A DNA stretch of 64,000 nt from Candidatus Woesebacteria bacterium (GTDB lineage Bacteria; Patescibacteriota; Microgenomatia; UBA12405), in NCBI GenBank assembly GCA_035450165.1, contig DAOTMI010000003.1:217-64216 (forward strand). The letters are read 5' to 3'. Both the position numbers and the translations under genes were made by a program. The notes under the pieces are model-generated. The model saw only the letters and a program-made list of their open reading frames with translations, was not told the origin of the DNA and searched no databases. Positions 9,712 to 19,545 of this stretch are shown here, one piece after another. Numbering within the stretch: the stretch's first letter is position 1; each line of letters begins with the position of its first letter.

Positions 9712-9785
9712 GGATGTGTAGCTCAGTTGGTCAGAGCATCGATCTTATACATCGAGGGTCCGTGGTTCGACTCCACGCACATCCA
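9712..9785 (+). tRNA. tRNA-Ile (anticodon TAT, reads AUA)
   Basis: Acceptor GGATGTG/CACATCC. D arm GCTC-AGTTGGTCA-GAGC. Perfect anticodon stem TCGAT/ATCGA with loop CTTATAC (U33, TAT, A37). T arm CGTGG-TTCGACT-CCACG. Discriminator A. Confidence 0.8.
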
Positions 9786-9828
9786 CTAAATACAAACCAG
9801 AACAAACAAACACTACATCCAGCCCTGG

Positions 9829-10571
9829 TGGGAATTGTTCCACGGAGAGAGCTTTGGTCAAGAATTCAACAGGAAAGATGGTATCACATTCCTGTTAAAT
9901 CGGCGCCTCAAAATACTTCTTTGGTGGAATATATCGCTTTTTATTTCCCTAAAATTTTTGATAAAGAATATCAATATCAAGTAAACTATTACGCTAAGGT
10001 CTTAGAGTATGAGATTAAAAAAAGAATTGAACTTTTTCCCAAAGAGCCAAAACATCAAAGAGCTATGCAGGATTACTTTCAATTTCATTTAGGACTGATT
10101 CAAAAATTACCCAGATCAATTCCAAGTAAAAGATGGAGGTATATCAGTCATATTCCCACCAGTTTGGACAAACTCCTTATGGCTAAAGAAATTAATGACC
10201 TCTGGGATACCAGTCCTTTAGAAGAAAAAATGTACCAGGAGATGAAAAAACGAAAAATAGAAACTGAAAGACAGTTATATGTAAAAGTGGGTGGTCAAAT
10301 TTTCTGCCTAGATTTCGGGATATTTTGTAAAAAAGGAAATATTGACCTAGAGTGTGACGGCGAACGATACCACACACTACCCGAAGCCTTAGCAAGAGAC
10401 AGAAAAAGAAATAATCAGCTTACCAGCTTTGGCTGGAGAGTATTAAGGTTCTCAGGAAAAGAAATCAGTCAAGACATCGGTAATTGCCTAAGAGTAGTAG
10501 AAAGGACCATTGGCACTCTAGGTGGTTTGGGTAAAATAAAAATTGAAACGTTAGAATCCCATTGCTTTTAA
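9829..10571 (+). CDS. DUF559/Vsr-like (PD-(D/E)xK) endonuclease-domain protein
   Basis: C-terminal [32 protein letters not shown]...[19 protein letters not shown] is a DUF559 signature. The track ORF (9699..10571) starts inside tRNA-Ile. There is no in-frame ATG before MQDYFQF, so a GTG at 9829 or a later start is likely. Confidence 0.55.
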
Positions 10572-11552
10572 AACTTCATTTAAAGTTTCTTGGGCGATGG
10601 GGCGAACCACGGTTTGGCCCCGGGCGAGAATTTCCTCAACGAGGCCGGGTTTATTTTCAAATTCCCGACGTTTTTCCCGCATCGGCGCTAAAAATTTCTC
10701 TAAAGCTAAAGCTAGTTTTTCTTTAACCTCAATATCGCTAACCTGCCCTTGACGATAACGCTTTTTCAGATCAACTACTTCTTCTTTATTTTCATTAAAT
10801 AAATCATGGTAGATAAAAACAGGATTGCCTTCAACTCTTCCAGGATCGTTTGAATGGATTCGTTGAGGATCAGTATACATTGAATTCACTTTTTCTTTAA
10901 CCGTAGCCGGATCATCGCTTAGATAAATACAATTATTTAATGATTTACTCATTTTGGCCCGGCCATCAAGACCCACCAAAGTGCCAGTTTTACCAATAAT
11001 AGCCTTAGGAATGGGAAAAACATTACCATAAAGTTTATTAAAGGTAGTGGCTAGCTCTACTGTTAATTCCACATGGCTTTGCTGATCTTTACCAACAGGG
11101 ACCAAATCGGCTTTAACCATTAAAATATCGGCTGCCTGAAGAATTGGATAGATCAGCAAACCTACCGAAGGTTTTTTAAGATCAAGATCATGCATCACCT
11201 GTTTTAAGGTAGGGATTCTTTGAGCTCGGGGAACAGTTACTAACATTTGGAAAATAGTAGACAAATAGGTAACTGCCGCTATCTGTGACTGCTGATAAAT
11301 AACTACTTTCTCTGGATCAATTCCTGCTGCTAAATAATCCAAGACGATATCATGAATATTATTCTTAATTTGTTTAATTTTTTCCTTGGTGGGAAAAGTA
11401 GTTAACAGGTGAAGATCAGCCAAAACCAAAAATACTTGGTACTGATCCTGATATTTAACTCGATTTTGGAGAGAACCAACCCAATGACCAAGATGTAACT
11501 TACCCGTTGGTCGATCCCCCGTTAAAATTCGTAATTTAGTCCCCGGCAACAT
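10551..11552 (-). CDS. trpS: tryptophanyl-tRNA synthetase
   Basis: HIGH-type motif PTGKLHLGH and KMSKS (AKMSKSLNN). Start taken at the internal Met ([10 protein letters not shown]), about 333 aa; the first 29 residues of the track ORF look non-coding. Confidence 0.85.
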   Translation of the reverse strand: MLPGTKLRILTGDRPTGKLHLGHWVGSLQNRVKYQDQYQVFLVLADLHLLTTFPTKEKIKQIKNNIHDIVLDYLAAGIDPEKVVIYQQSQIAAVTYLSTIFQMLVTVPRAQRIPTLKQVMHDLDLKKPSVGLLIYPILQAADILMVKADLVPVGKDQQSHVELTVELATTFNKLYGNVFPIPKAIIGKTGTLVGLDGRAKMSKSLNNCIYLSDDPATVKEKVNSMYTDPQRIHSNDPGRVEGNPVFIYHDLFNENKEEVVDLKKRYRQGQVSDIEVKEKLALALEKFLAPMREKRREFENKPGLVEEILARGQTVVRPIAQETLNEVLKAMGF

Positions 11553-11570
11553 AATGATATAATACCACCT

Positions 11571-12239
11571 ATGGCTCAGATCACTCACCAAATAAAAGCG
11601 GAAATAAGAACAGCTAAAGGAAGAAGCCAGGTAAAACATCTAAAAGAGGCGGGATTAATCCCGGCAACGCTTTATGGTAAAGGCATAGCTTCAATTTCGA
11701 TTCAATTTCCAGCTAAAGAACTTATAAAAACTTTTAAAGAGGCAGGCGAATCGGTTTTAGTTGAATTACTACTTGATAATCAAAAGATACCTGTTCTTTT
11801 CAAGAATCCACAGTATCACTATCTAAATGGCCATTTAATTCACCTGGATTGTTTCCGAGTTAATTTAAAGGAAAAAATTACCGCCGAAGTGCCAATCGTC
11901 CTGGTTGGCGAAAGTCCGGCAGTCAAAGAAGGTAATATTTTGGTCACTGTTAGTGATCAAATCAATGTCGAAGCTCTTCCGGCTGACTTACCGGAAAAAA
12001 TTGAGGTCGATATCGGTTCTTTAACTACCATCGGGGCTATAATCACCGCCGGCGATCTAATTCTCGATAAATCAAAAGTTGAACTAAAAACGGCTGCTGA
12101 CCAAGTTATAGTTAAAATCGAAGAGCCGAAAATTGAAGAAGAACCAGTAGCTCCGGTTACTCCTCCTGAAGAAGTCCCAGCAACTGAGCAAAAAGAAAAG
12201 ACTCAAGAAGAAGCTAGCGAGAAATCTGAGGAAAAGTAA
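11571..12239 (+). CDS. rplY: ribosomal protein bL25 (Ctc/general stress protein form) with acidic C-terminal tail
   Basis: 222 aa; [38 protein letters not shown] is typical of L25/Ctc; the tail is Glu/Pro-rich. Confidence 0.8.
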   Translation: MAQITHQIKAEIRTAKGRSQVKHLKEAGLIPATLYGKGIASISIQFPAKELIKTFKEAGESVLVELLLDNQKIPVLFKNPQYHYLNGHLIHLDCFRVNLKEKITAEVPIVLVGESPAVKEGNILVTVSDQINVEALPADLPEKIEVDIGSLTTIGAIITAGDLILDKSKVELKTAADQVIVKIEEPKIEEEPVAPVTPPEEVPATEQKEKTQEEASEKSEEK

Positions 12240-12687
12240 AATAAATTTTTTCTACTTCACGATGGAGGGGATCGATTTGATAAGCCCGTTCCACAGCGGC
12301 TGAAGCTTCGGCATAATGGTCCAAAAGGAGTTCTAATCTAGCAATAGTCAACCAATCGTCGACAGTCAAATTTTCCAATCCATATAAAGCTTTTAATTTA
12401 CTCTGGAGCGATTCCGGCGAATATTGGTCCTTATAATAACGAATGTCGTCGGAATTTAACTTAGTTTCTAATTTAACTGCTTGAGGCCAACGATTAGTTT
12501 GGATTAATTTTAACCAATAATTAAGGCGAAGATAATAATGATCACCAGCCGACAAACTAAAAATATCTTGGTGTTGGTAAGTAAAAATAGCAAAAAAGAT
12601 TAATAATGAACTAAGCCCAATCAACTGCCACATGGTCCGATTTTTCCAATTCAATTTTTTGGGCTTGGGTTGCTGCTTGAAAATCAT
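12214..12687 (-). CDS. hypothetical membrane-anchored protein (TPR-like C-terminus)
   Basis: 157 aa with one TM helix. Overlaps the leuS 3' end, so a later start (about 12633) is likely. Confidence 0.4.
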   Translation of the reverse strand: MIFKQQPKPKKLNWKNRTMWQLIGLSSLLIFFAIFTYQHQDIFSLSAGDHYYLRLNYWLKLIQTNRWPQAVKLETKLNSDDIRYYKDQYSPESLQSKLKALYGLENLTVDDWLTIARLELLLDHYAEASAAVERAYQIDPLHREVEKIYFTFPQISR

Positions 12688-14821
12688 CTTGATATGGGAT
12701 CAAATCATCCTCAGTTAAATTTGGATGCTTAATTATTAAAGTTTTAATAGGAGAAGCTAAATTAAGACCAGCCGATGATTTCTTTCCCCTAACTAAGGAA
12801 AGAATTGCCAAAAGTTCCGAAATAACTCGATAATCTTCAGCTTTAATTTTTAATTCAGGCCAAGATAACTGATGAATTGAGGGACAGGAATGATAAATTG
12901 ATTGAAAAATTTCTTCAGTTACATGAGGAATAAAAGGGGCAAACATGATTAAAATATTTAAAAAACCTTGAGATAAGGCTAATTGAGCCGAAAGACGACG
13001 GTGGTCGGTTGGGGTTAATCCATAGATTCTCTTCTTAATCATTTCCAAGTAATTATCACAAAAAATACTCCAGAAAAAGGTTTGGATAAGATCGCGGGGA
13101 TGATTGTAATCAAAATGTTTAAAATACTCAGCCATTTTATGAGCGGTTATCTCTGATTGGGCTATCAACCACCGGTCTAAAGGCAATTCAGGTTGATCTT
13201 TAACCGATTGAAAACCGGTTAAAGCCAAAGAAACAAAATTAGCGGCACTCAGTAATTTAGTCACGACTCTCTGGCCGAAAACCACTTCATTGGTGTCATA
13301 ATAGGCATCGGCTCCCAAAGAAACCCCCGAAACAGCCCAACGAACAGCATCGGCTGAGTAGGTAGCAATTTGGTCTTCAGGGCGAAGATTACCACCGCCA
13401 TTCTTTTTACTAATTTTTTCTCCCCGGCGAAGAAGAAGGTGACCAGAAACGGCCACATTTTGCCAAGGAATACCCTGTTTCTTATAATAAGATAGGACTA
13501 AAGTATAAAAAGCCCAGGTACGAATAATTTCATAGGCCTGAGGGCGAAGAGAATAAGGGATCCGGCCGCCTTTAAGAGTATTTATCTCTGGAGTATTGGC
13601 CGAAGTAAACCAAGTATCAAAAACCAAATTATCCTCACCGGGAATGGGAATACCGTAAGGCCGTTCTCGCGACAAACACCAATCCCATTTTAGATTTTTT
13701 ACCCAATCAATCAAACGTTCTTTCATAAAGGCTGGATACCAATTAATTGTTTCCGCCATCGCTAAAATTTCCTCTTTAATTTCCAAAACTTTAAGAAAGT
13801 ATTGCTCTCGTAAAATAATTTCAATGATTGTTCCACAACGTTCATGAACCCCCACATCATGGGTTAATGGTGTTTCTTTCACTACTAAATTCTGCGATTT
13901 TAATTCCTTTATTATCTTTTCTCTGGCGGCTGGAATAGTTAACCCGTCGATCCGACCCTGCTCGTCAATAATTATCTTTTCATCCAATTGATATTTATTT
14001 TTAAGATACCAATCGGTCTCATCACCATAAGTGCAAATCATAACCGCCCCGGTGCCTTTATCAGGTTTGACCTTACCATCAGCCAATATCTTAACCTTAT
14101 CCCCCAGGGAAGTGGTGGTCTCTGTTCCAATTAAACGTTGATATCTCACGTCATCGGGATGAACAAAAACAGCCACACAAGCTGGTAATAATTCCGGCCG
14201 GGTAGTAGAAATGATTAGATCGCCAAATTGAAGATCATAAAAAACTGTTTCTAATTCCCTATCCTCAACTTCAGCTTGAGCCACACCAGTGCCACAAACA
14301 GGACACCATAAACATGGGGCTTTCTTTTTATAAATAATGTTCCTCTTTTTAAAATCCTCGAAATTCTTCAGGGTTAATTCCTGAACTTCAGAAGAAATAG
14401 TTGAATATAAGAGATGCCAGTCAAAAGAAAAACCAAGAGAATTAAACAAATTCATGTAATCCTGATGATAGCGGCTAACTAAAGTTTGAACCTGCTGGCG
14501 GTATTCGTCACGAGGTAAACTGGTAGATTTAATCCCCAATTCTTTTTCGGCCAGTTTATCGGTTGGCAAACCATTATCATCCATTCCGATTGGATAAAAA
14601 ACATTATAGCCGGCCATGCGAAAAAAACGCGCTATAATCTCGGTCTGGGTATAAGAAAAAACATGGCCGAGGTGCATCCTGCCGGAAACAGTTGGCGGAG
14701 GGGTATCAATAGAAAAAATCGGTTTTGGTGATTGGGGATCAAATTTAAAAATATTATTGTCGCGCCAATAGTCCTGCCATTTTTTCTCAATTAATTTAAA
14801 ATCATATTTTTTCATCAACAA
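12611..14821 (-). CDS. leuS: leucyl-tRNA synthetase (compact, 736 aa)
   Basis: PPPTVSGRMHLGHV...ARFFRMAGYNVFYPIGMDDNGLPT matches LeuRS (LPYPSGRLHMGH...ARYQRMLG...PIGWDAFGLP). Zn knuckle CPVCGTGVAQAEVE; TTRPELL; GTGAVMICTYGD. ValRS was considered and rejected. Confidence 0.7.
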   Translation of the reverse strand: MLMKKYDFKLIEKKWQDYWRDNNIFKFDPQSPKPIFSIDTPPPTVSGRMHLGHVFSYTQTEIIARFFRMAGYNVFYPIGMDDNGLPTDKLAEKELGIKSTSLPRDEYRQQVQTLVSRYHQDYMNLFNSLGFSFDWHLLYSTISSEVQELTLKNFEDFKKRNIIYKKKAPCLWCPVCGTGVAQAEVEDRELETVFYDLQFGDLIISTTRPELLPACVAVFVHPDDVRYQRLIGTETTTSLGDKVKILADGKVKPDKGTGAVMICTYGDETDWYLKNKYQLDEKIIIDEQGRIDGLTIPAAREKIIKELKSQNLVVKETPLTHDVGVHERCGTIIEIILREQYFLKVLEIKEEILAMAETINWYPAFMKERLIDWVKNLKWDWCLSRERPYGIPIPGEDNLVFDTWFTSANTPEINTLKGGRIPYSLRPQAYEIIRTWAFYTLVLSYYKKQGIPWQNVAVSGHLLLRRGEKISKKNGGGNLRPEDQIATYSADAVRWAVSGVSLGADAYYDTNEVVFGQRVVTKLLSAANFVSLALTGFQSVKDQPELPLDRWLIAQSEITAHKMAEYFKHFDYNHPRDLIQTFFWSIFCDNYLEMIKKRIYGLTPTDHRRLSAQLALSQGFLNILIMFAPFIPHVTEEIFQSIYHSCPSIHQLSWPELKIKAEDYRVISELLAILSLVRGKKSSAGLNLASPIKTLIIKHPNLTEDDLIPYQDDFQAATQAQKIELEKSDHVAVDWA

Positions 14822-14823
14822 AT

Positions 14824-15321
14824 TTATTTTATCAGAAGATCTAATTGGCGATAGAACTCACTCCTAATTCTCGAAGGGGAAATATTACCATTTAAAACAA
14901 TTAATTTTCTCTCAGTAAGAATTTGTTGGGCTTGATGACCATTCTTATCAATTAAGGTGTAAAAGTTTTCCACTTCCCGACAGCTGGATTTAACCTGAAT
15001 CCAAATTTGATCATGAAAACCATGATAATTATTGATAACAACGGCTAAATCGCGCTTTTGATAAATATCTTCACCAGAAAAATCCTTTATCTGCCGAATT
15101 TCACCAATTATCTTTTCCTCTTTAATGGCTTTAATAACTCGATTAACTGACTTCTGACCACGTTTTTGCCCTGTCTCAAGGCGATAATCGTAAGCAGCTA
15201 ATTGACGGTCGATAACCGCATTATCTAGACCATTTTTCAAACCATTAAAAATAATTTTTAGACGTCCTTGGCTACGATCCTGTTCTACTAAATTATGATA
15301 ATGTTCTAAGGTTTTTGACAT
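14824..15321 (-). CDS. hypothetical protein
   Basis: 165 aa, no recognisable motif. Confidence 0.4.
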   Translation of the reverse strand: MSKTLEHYHNLVEQDRSQGRLKIIFNGLKNGLDNAVIDRQLAAYDYRLETGQKRGQKSVNRVIKAIKEEKIIGEIRQIKDFSGEDIYQKRDLAVVINNYHGFHDQIWIQVKSSCREVENFYTLIDKNGHQAQQILTERKLIVLNGNISPSRIRSEFYRQLDLLIK

Positions 15322-15355
15322 AGATTAAAAGTTGCATCGATTATAGCATAATGAT

Positions 15356-16372
15356 TTGATAAAATTGGCTATGCCAGCCACTAAAAAACAAATCATCCAG
15401 ATTTTAAAAATGGGTGGTTTAGTCGTCATTCCCTCAGATACGGTTTATGGATTAGCGGTTGATGCGACTCAATCAAAAGCCGTTGAAAAGTTATTAAAAT
15501 TTAAAGAGAGATGGCCCGGTAAGGCTATTGCCGTGTTTTGCGATAGCTTTAAAATGGCTAGTGATTACGCAATAATTAACAACAACGTACAAACAATTTA
15601 TACAAACTGGTTACCCGGTCCTTTTACTTTAATTGTCGAGGGCCGACATCGATTAGCTAAGGGTATCGAAGCGGAAGATGGTTCTTTAGGTATTAGAATT
15701 CCCAATTATCCTTTAATCATTGAAGTGGTTAAAGAATTTGGCCGGCCGATTACCGCTACTTCAGCTAACTTGTCAGGCCATCGGCCGCACTACTCAACTA
15801 CCAGCTTTCTTAAAACTTTATCCGAAAAAAAAAGACGGATGATTGATTTAATTGTTGATGTTGGTAAACTACCACGAAATAAACCATCAACAGTAGTCGA
15901 TATAAGAGAACCGAAAATAAAAATTCTCCGGCGAGGGGATTTCATAACTCCTAATGGGCAAACATTCATTTCCCATTCAGCTCAAGAGACCCAAAAAATT
16001 GCCGGAACTCTTCTTTCTAAAATACCCCAACCAATTATTTTAGGTTTAAGCGGTGATTTGGGTACAGGTAAAACTGTTTTTTCTCAAGGTATTGGCCGAG
16101 CTATGGGAATTAAGGAAAAAATCACCTCCCCCACTTTTACTATTTATAATGACTACGGTAAATTCCTACATATTGATCTTTATCGAATTAATAATCAGGA
16201 AGAATTGATGGAACTCAATATATTTAATGCCATCAAAAATAAAAAGGTAGTCTGTATTGAATGGATAGAAAATTTAGGTAAAACCAATTTGGTTAAATTA
16301 ACTCAAATAGCTCCTTTAAAATTCTTAACTTTTAAATATATTGATGAACATACCCGAGAAATAAAATTATGA
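15356..16372 (+). CDS. fused TsaC(YrdC/Sua5)-TsaE(YjeE) t6A biosynthesis protein
   Basis: 338 aa. The N-terminal half carries the YrdC signature IPSDTVYGLAVDATQ. The C-terminal half carries TsaE motifs LSGDLGTGKTVF, SPTFTIYNDYG and HIDLYRI. Confidence 0.75.
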   Translation: MIKLAMPATKKQIIQILKMGGLVVIPSDTVYGLAVDATQSKAVEKLLKFKERWPGKAIAVFCDSFKMASDYAIINNNVQTIYTNWLPGPFTLIVEGRHRLAKGIEAEDGSLGIRIPNYPLIIEVVKEFGRPITATSANLSGHRPHYSTTSFLKTLSEKKRRMIDLIVDVGKLPRNKPSTVVDIREPKIKILRRGDFITPNGQTFISHSAQETQKIAGTLLSKIPQPIILGLSGDLGTGKTVFSQGIGRAMGIKEKITSPTFTIYNDYGKFLHIDLYRINNQEELMELNIFNAIKNKKVVCIEWIENLGKTNLVKLTQIAPLKFLTFKYIDEHTREIKL

Positions 16373-17400
16373 AAATTTTAGCTATTGATACCAGTTGTGA
16401 TGATACTTGTGCCGCCGTAGTTGAAAATCGAAAAATAATCACCAATATTGTTTCATCTCAAATTAATTTATATAAGGATTGGGGTGGAGTTGTTCCTAAC
16501 ATCGCTAAATGGGCTCACAAGAAAAGGATTGATTTAGTAATAAATAAGGCATTAAATCTCCATCTAGCCCCCTCTTCAAAAAAGAGAGAAAGTATCAATA
16601 GCATTGATGTGATTGCCGTTACTCAGGGACCGGGGCTAGCGGTAGCTTTGGAAGTTGGGATTGATAAGGCCAAAGCATTGGCTAAACAATATAAAAAAAA
16701 ACTAATAGCCGTCAATCATATTGAGGGTCATTTACTATCTACTCTTTTTAATCATCAAATTGCTTTCCCAGCTCTTGGTTTAACTGTTTCCGGTGGTCAT
16801 AGTCAAATTATCCTTATTCATAGCATTGGTGATTACAGAATAATTGGAGAAACTTTAGATGATGCCGCCGGCGAAGCTTTAGATAAAGCCGCTAGAATAT
16901 TGGGGTTAGGTTATCCCGGCGGACCAATAATCGAACGATTAGCCCAAAAAGGAAATAAAAACTTTCTCAAACTACCCAAAGTCCTTCCTGATAATAAAAT
17001 TCTAAATTTTAGTTTTTCTGGATTAAAAACCAGTTTTTATTATCAAATTAAAAATTTATCACCCCAGCAAATTAGTAGCCATTTATCAGATTACGCCGCC
17101 AGTTATCAGGAAGCTGTTTTTGAACAATTGATCCGTAAATTTAGACTAGCGGTTGAAAAATATCAACCAAAAGTATTACTAGCCGCTGGCGGGGTTATGT
17201 CTAATTTAGAATTAAGAAATAAATTAAGACAATTAGCCAAGACTCTCAATCTGCCAATAAATATGCCCTATAATCAGAAACTGAATACGGATAATGCGGC
17301 AATGATCGGTTTAACCGCCTATTACAAAGCTCTGAAAGGAGAATTCGTTGAAGATATTGATAAACTCGATCGTAAACCCCGCCTTAAGTTGGATTACTAA
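16369..17400 (+). CDS. tsaD: tRNA N6-adenosine threonylcarbamoyltransferase TsaD (Kae1/Gcp family)
   Basis: 343 aa; MKILAIDTSCDDTCAAVV; metal site VNHIEGHLLS; 4-nt overlap with the upstream tsaCE fusion. Confidence 0.85.
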   Translation: MKILAIDTSCDDTCAAVVENRKIITNIVSSQINLYKDWGGVVPNIAKWAHKKRIDLVINKALNLHLAPSSKKRESINSIDVIAVTQGPGLAVALEVGIDKAKALAKQYKKKLIAVNHIEGHLLSTLFNHQIAFPALGLTVSGGHSQIILIHSIGDYRIIGETLDDAAGEALDKAARILGLGYPGGPIIERLAQKGNKNFLKLPKVLPDNKILNFSFSGLKTSFYYQIKNLSPQQISSHLSDYAASYQEAVFEQLIRKFRLAVEKYQPKVLLAAGGVMSNLELRNKLRQLAKTLNLPINMPYNQKLNTDNAAMIGLTAYYKALKGEFVEDIDKLDRKPRLKLDY

Positions 17401-17412
17401 AAAGAAGCGGCC

Positions 17413-19128
17413 CTATTGAGATGTTGGTCCCCGGCGAAAAATAGCTGCCCAAGGAACATAGGACGAAGTAAATGTCCGTTGATAAAGCACTTTACCATCT
17501 TTTGTAACTCTCCAATCGAAAGCTACTTTTAGTCCGCTGACCTTATGCTCATCTTGAACTATTTTCCCGGGCGGCAAACTAGGATCGTCAAGATAAATAT
17601 CTGGTGGTGGTGGAACTTTACCCCATTGACGATAATTAGTAATTTCTACCTTCCGATTATCACTAGTGCCATAAATTTCATAAGTCAATTTTTTTTCCAC
17701 CCCATCATAAAGGCTTTGAATAAGCAGATAATGATCAGTATCATTAATAAATTGCAAATCGGGCTTGGGTGAAAAGACAGTGGCATCATAACCTGGCGGC
17801 ATATCTTCCTCGTAATAACCAACGCGATAGGCATGAGCCTGACGTTCGGTAATATTCAAACCTGCATTTAATAGGGCTCGAAACAAAGTTGTTGATACTT
17901 GACAGATACCACCGCCAATATCTAAAACAGTTCGCCCCTGTTTAATAATATAAGCTTTACCAAATCCACTTTCAGCATCTACTTTACCAAGAGCTTTATT
18001 AAAAGAAAAAGTTTCGCCTGGAGCAACTAAAATTCGATTGACAATAGCTGCTCCTTGGGCAATATTAACATTGCGGTAACTGGCACTGGTTTTAAAGGAA
18101 GAACTACCTCGACCAATCAATTCCTTGATGCCTAAATTATTAACGTCGGCATTATTAACTTTAGGGTCACTATAAATAAAAGGTAAATCTAACCTTAATT
18201 GAGTCTCGGTTTGACTGGTTAAACCTGGAAGACGACGATTTAATAAAGAAACCAATTGGGAAACATTAAGAGTATATCCTTTCTGAGCTGGACGAAAGGC
18301 TAAAACGTGACCGTTTTCGAATTGAAAAACAGCATCCACTGGCTCTTTTTTCAAACTGGAAGCTAAATTATCAACATACTCGCTAATTTTATCCGTTTTA
18401 TAGGTATTATTAAAATCGTACCAAGAAATAAGCAAATCGTCGCTCAGAATAATTTCCTGATTCTCACCAATTAAAACTACTGACCGGCCAATAATTTTTT
18501 GAGCCTCCTTGAGACTAGAAGCTAATTGATTCTGATCTGGCAAAGAACCAACGTTAGTAACTGGAATAATAATTGGCTGATTAAACTGATAGTTGGCTAA
18601 AGCCTCTAAAATAATTGTTTTTAAAGAAGCTTGATCAACCCGTCGGCCAATTTCACCATTGTTTACTTTTACTTGGTGGTTTTCATTAATATAAAATTCA
18701 GCTGGAATAAATGGTCGGTCAATTTCTCTAGCTACCCAATCAAGCCGCTGATGGAGTTGATCTTGATTAATTTGAAAAATGAGTTTAAAGTCTTTAGGTT
18801 GGAAAAAGGCAGTTAAATAGCGCCATGGACCTTGCTTTAATCGCCGGAACAAAAGACTGGAGGCCGTTTTGTTTTTATCAATAACTGCAGATATATCGGC
18901 TGTATTGATGATTAAAATCCGATTGCCATCAATTAATTTCAGATCTCTGGGTAAAGAAAAATCAGTTTCCAGCCTGGCTACAATCTCCCGTTTGGATAAC
19001 AGAGAGTAATCCTTACCCAAAAGGCTAATTCGGCGGCCAGTTTTACCGAAATTAATTACTAAAGGTGAACTAATTAAAAGAAAAACTAAAAATATCAAAA
19101 GAAGCCAATTAAGTAGTTTTTGATTCAT
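17413..19128 (-). CDS. VanW/YoaR-family protein with N-terminal TM anchor
   Basis: 571 aa; the VanW core includes GGGICQVSTTLFRALLNAGL. Confidence 0.75.
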   Translation of the reverse strand: MNQKLLNWLLLIFLVFLLISSPLVINFGKTGRRISLLGKDYSLLSKREIVARLETDFSLPRDLKLIDGNRILIINTADISAVIDKNKTASSLLFRRLKQGPWRYLTAFFQPKDFKLIFQINQDQLHQRLDWVAREIDRPFIPAEFYINENHQVKVNNGEIGRRVDQASLKTIILEALANYQFNQPIIIPVTNVGSLPDQNQLASSLKEAQKIIGRSVVLIGENQEIILSDDLLISWYDFNNTYKTDKISEYVDNLASSLKKEPVDAVFQFENGHVLAFRPAQKGYTLNVSQLVSLLNRRLPGLTSQTETQLRLDLPFIYSDPKVNNADVNNLGIKELIGRGSSSFKTSASYRNVNIAQGAAIVNRILVAPGETFSFNKALGKVDAESGFGKAYIIKQGRTVLDIGGGICQVSTTLFRALLNAGLNITERQAHAYRVGYYEEDMPPGYDATVFSPKPDLQFINDTDHYLLIQSLYDGVEKKLTYEIYGTSDNRKVEITNYRQWGKVPPPPDIYLDDPSLPPGKIVQDEHKVSGLKVAFDWRVTKDGKVLYQRTFTSSYVPWAAIFRRGPTSQ

Positions 19129-19540
19129 AGGCAGAATCCATTGATTGATTAGCCAGTTTATCGGCTAAAGAATTCTCCTCCCGGCGAATTAAATTAAAAG
19201 AATAAGGTAAATTCAAATCTTGGAGTAACTGGCGGCAATCGGCCCAAAGGGATTTCAAATTAGAAGCTTTAACTTTATAAAGACCTTGTAATTGATAAAT
19301 CAAAAGTTGAGAATCGGCATAAAAATCCATTTGGGTAATTTGATATCTATTGGTATTACTTTTAACCCATTCTAGGGCCATTTTCATGGCAAGATATTCG
19401 GCTTCGTTATTGGTTTTAATTCCCCAGAAACAGCTTTTTTGAAAGATTAACCGACGGCAAGCGTCATAAACCACCATTCCACCACCAGCCGGCCCGGGAT
19501 TACCCCTGGCGCCGCCATCAGTATAAATAGTCACAACCAT
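19109..19540 (-). CDS. rnhA: ribonuclease HI
   Basis: 143 aa; MVVTIYTDGGARGNPGPAGGGMVVYD... and the TNNEAEY...D catalytic pattern. Confidence 0.85.
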   Translation of the reverse strand: MVVTIYTDGGARGNPGPAGGGMVVYDACRRLIFQKSCFWGIKTNNEAEYLAMKMALEWVKSNTNRYQITQMDFYADSQLLIYQLQGLYKVKASNLKSLWADCRQLLQDLNLPYSFNLIRREENSLADKLANQSMDSAYESKTT

Positions 19541-19545
19541 ACATA

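Noticed and set aside
9699-9828. 5' extension of the DUF559 ORF starting at ATG 9699
   Set aside because: Runs through tRNA-Ile (9712..9785), so it cannot be coding; the true start must be downstream.
12611-14821. Valyl-tRNA synthetase call for the 736-aa class I aaRS
   Set aside because: HIGH-region context (SGRMHLGHV...ARFFRMAG...PIGMDDNGLP), the CxxC knuckle and GTGAVM...GD match LeuRS rather than ValRS (ValRS has TGSLHMGHA...VGTDHAGIA).
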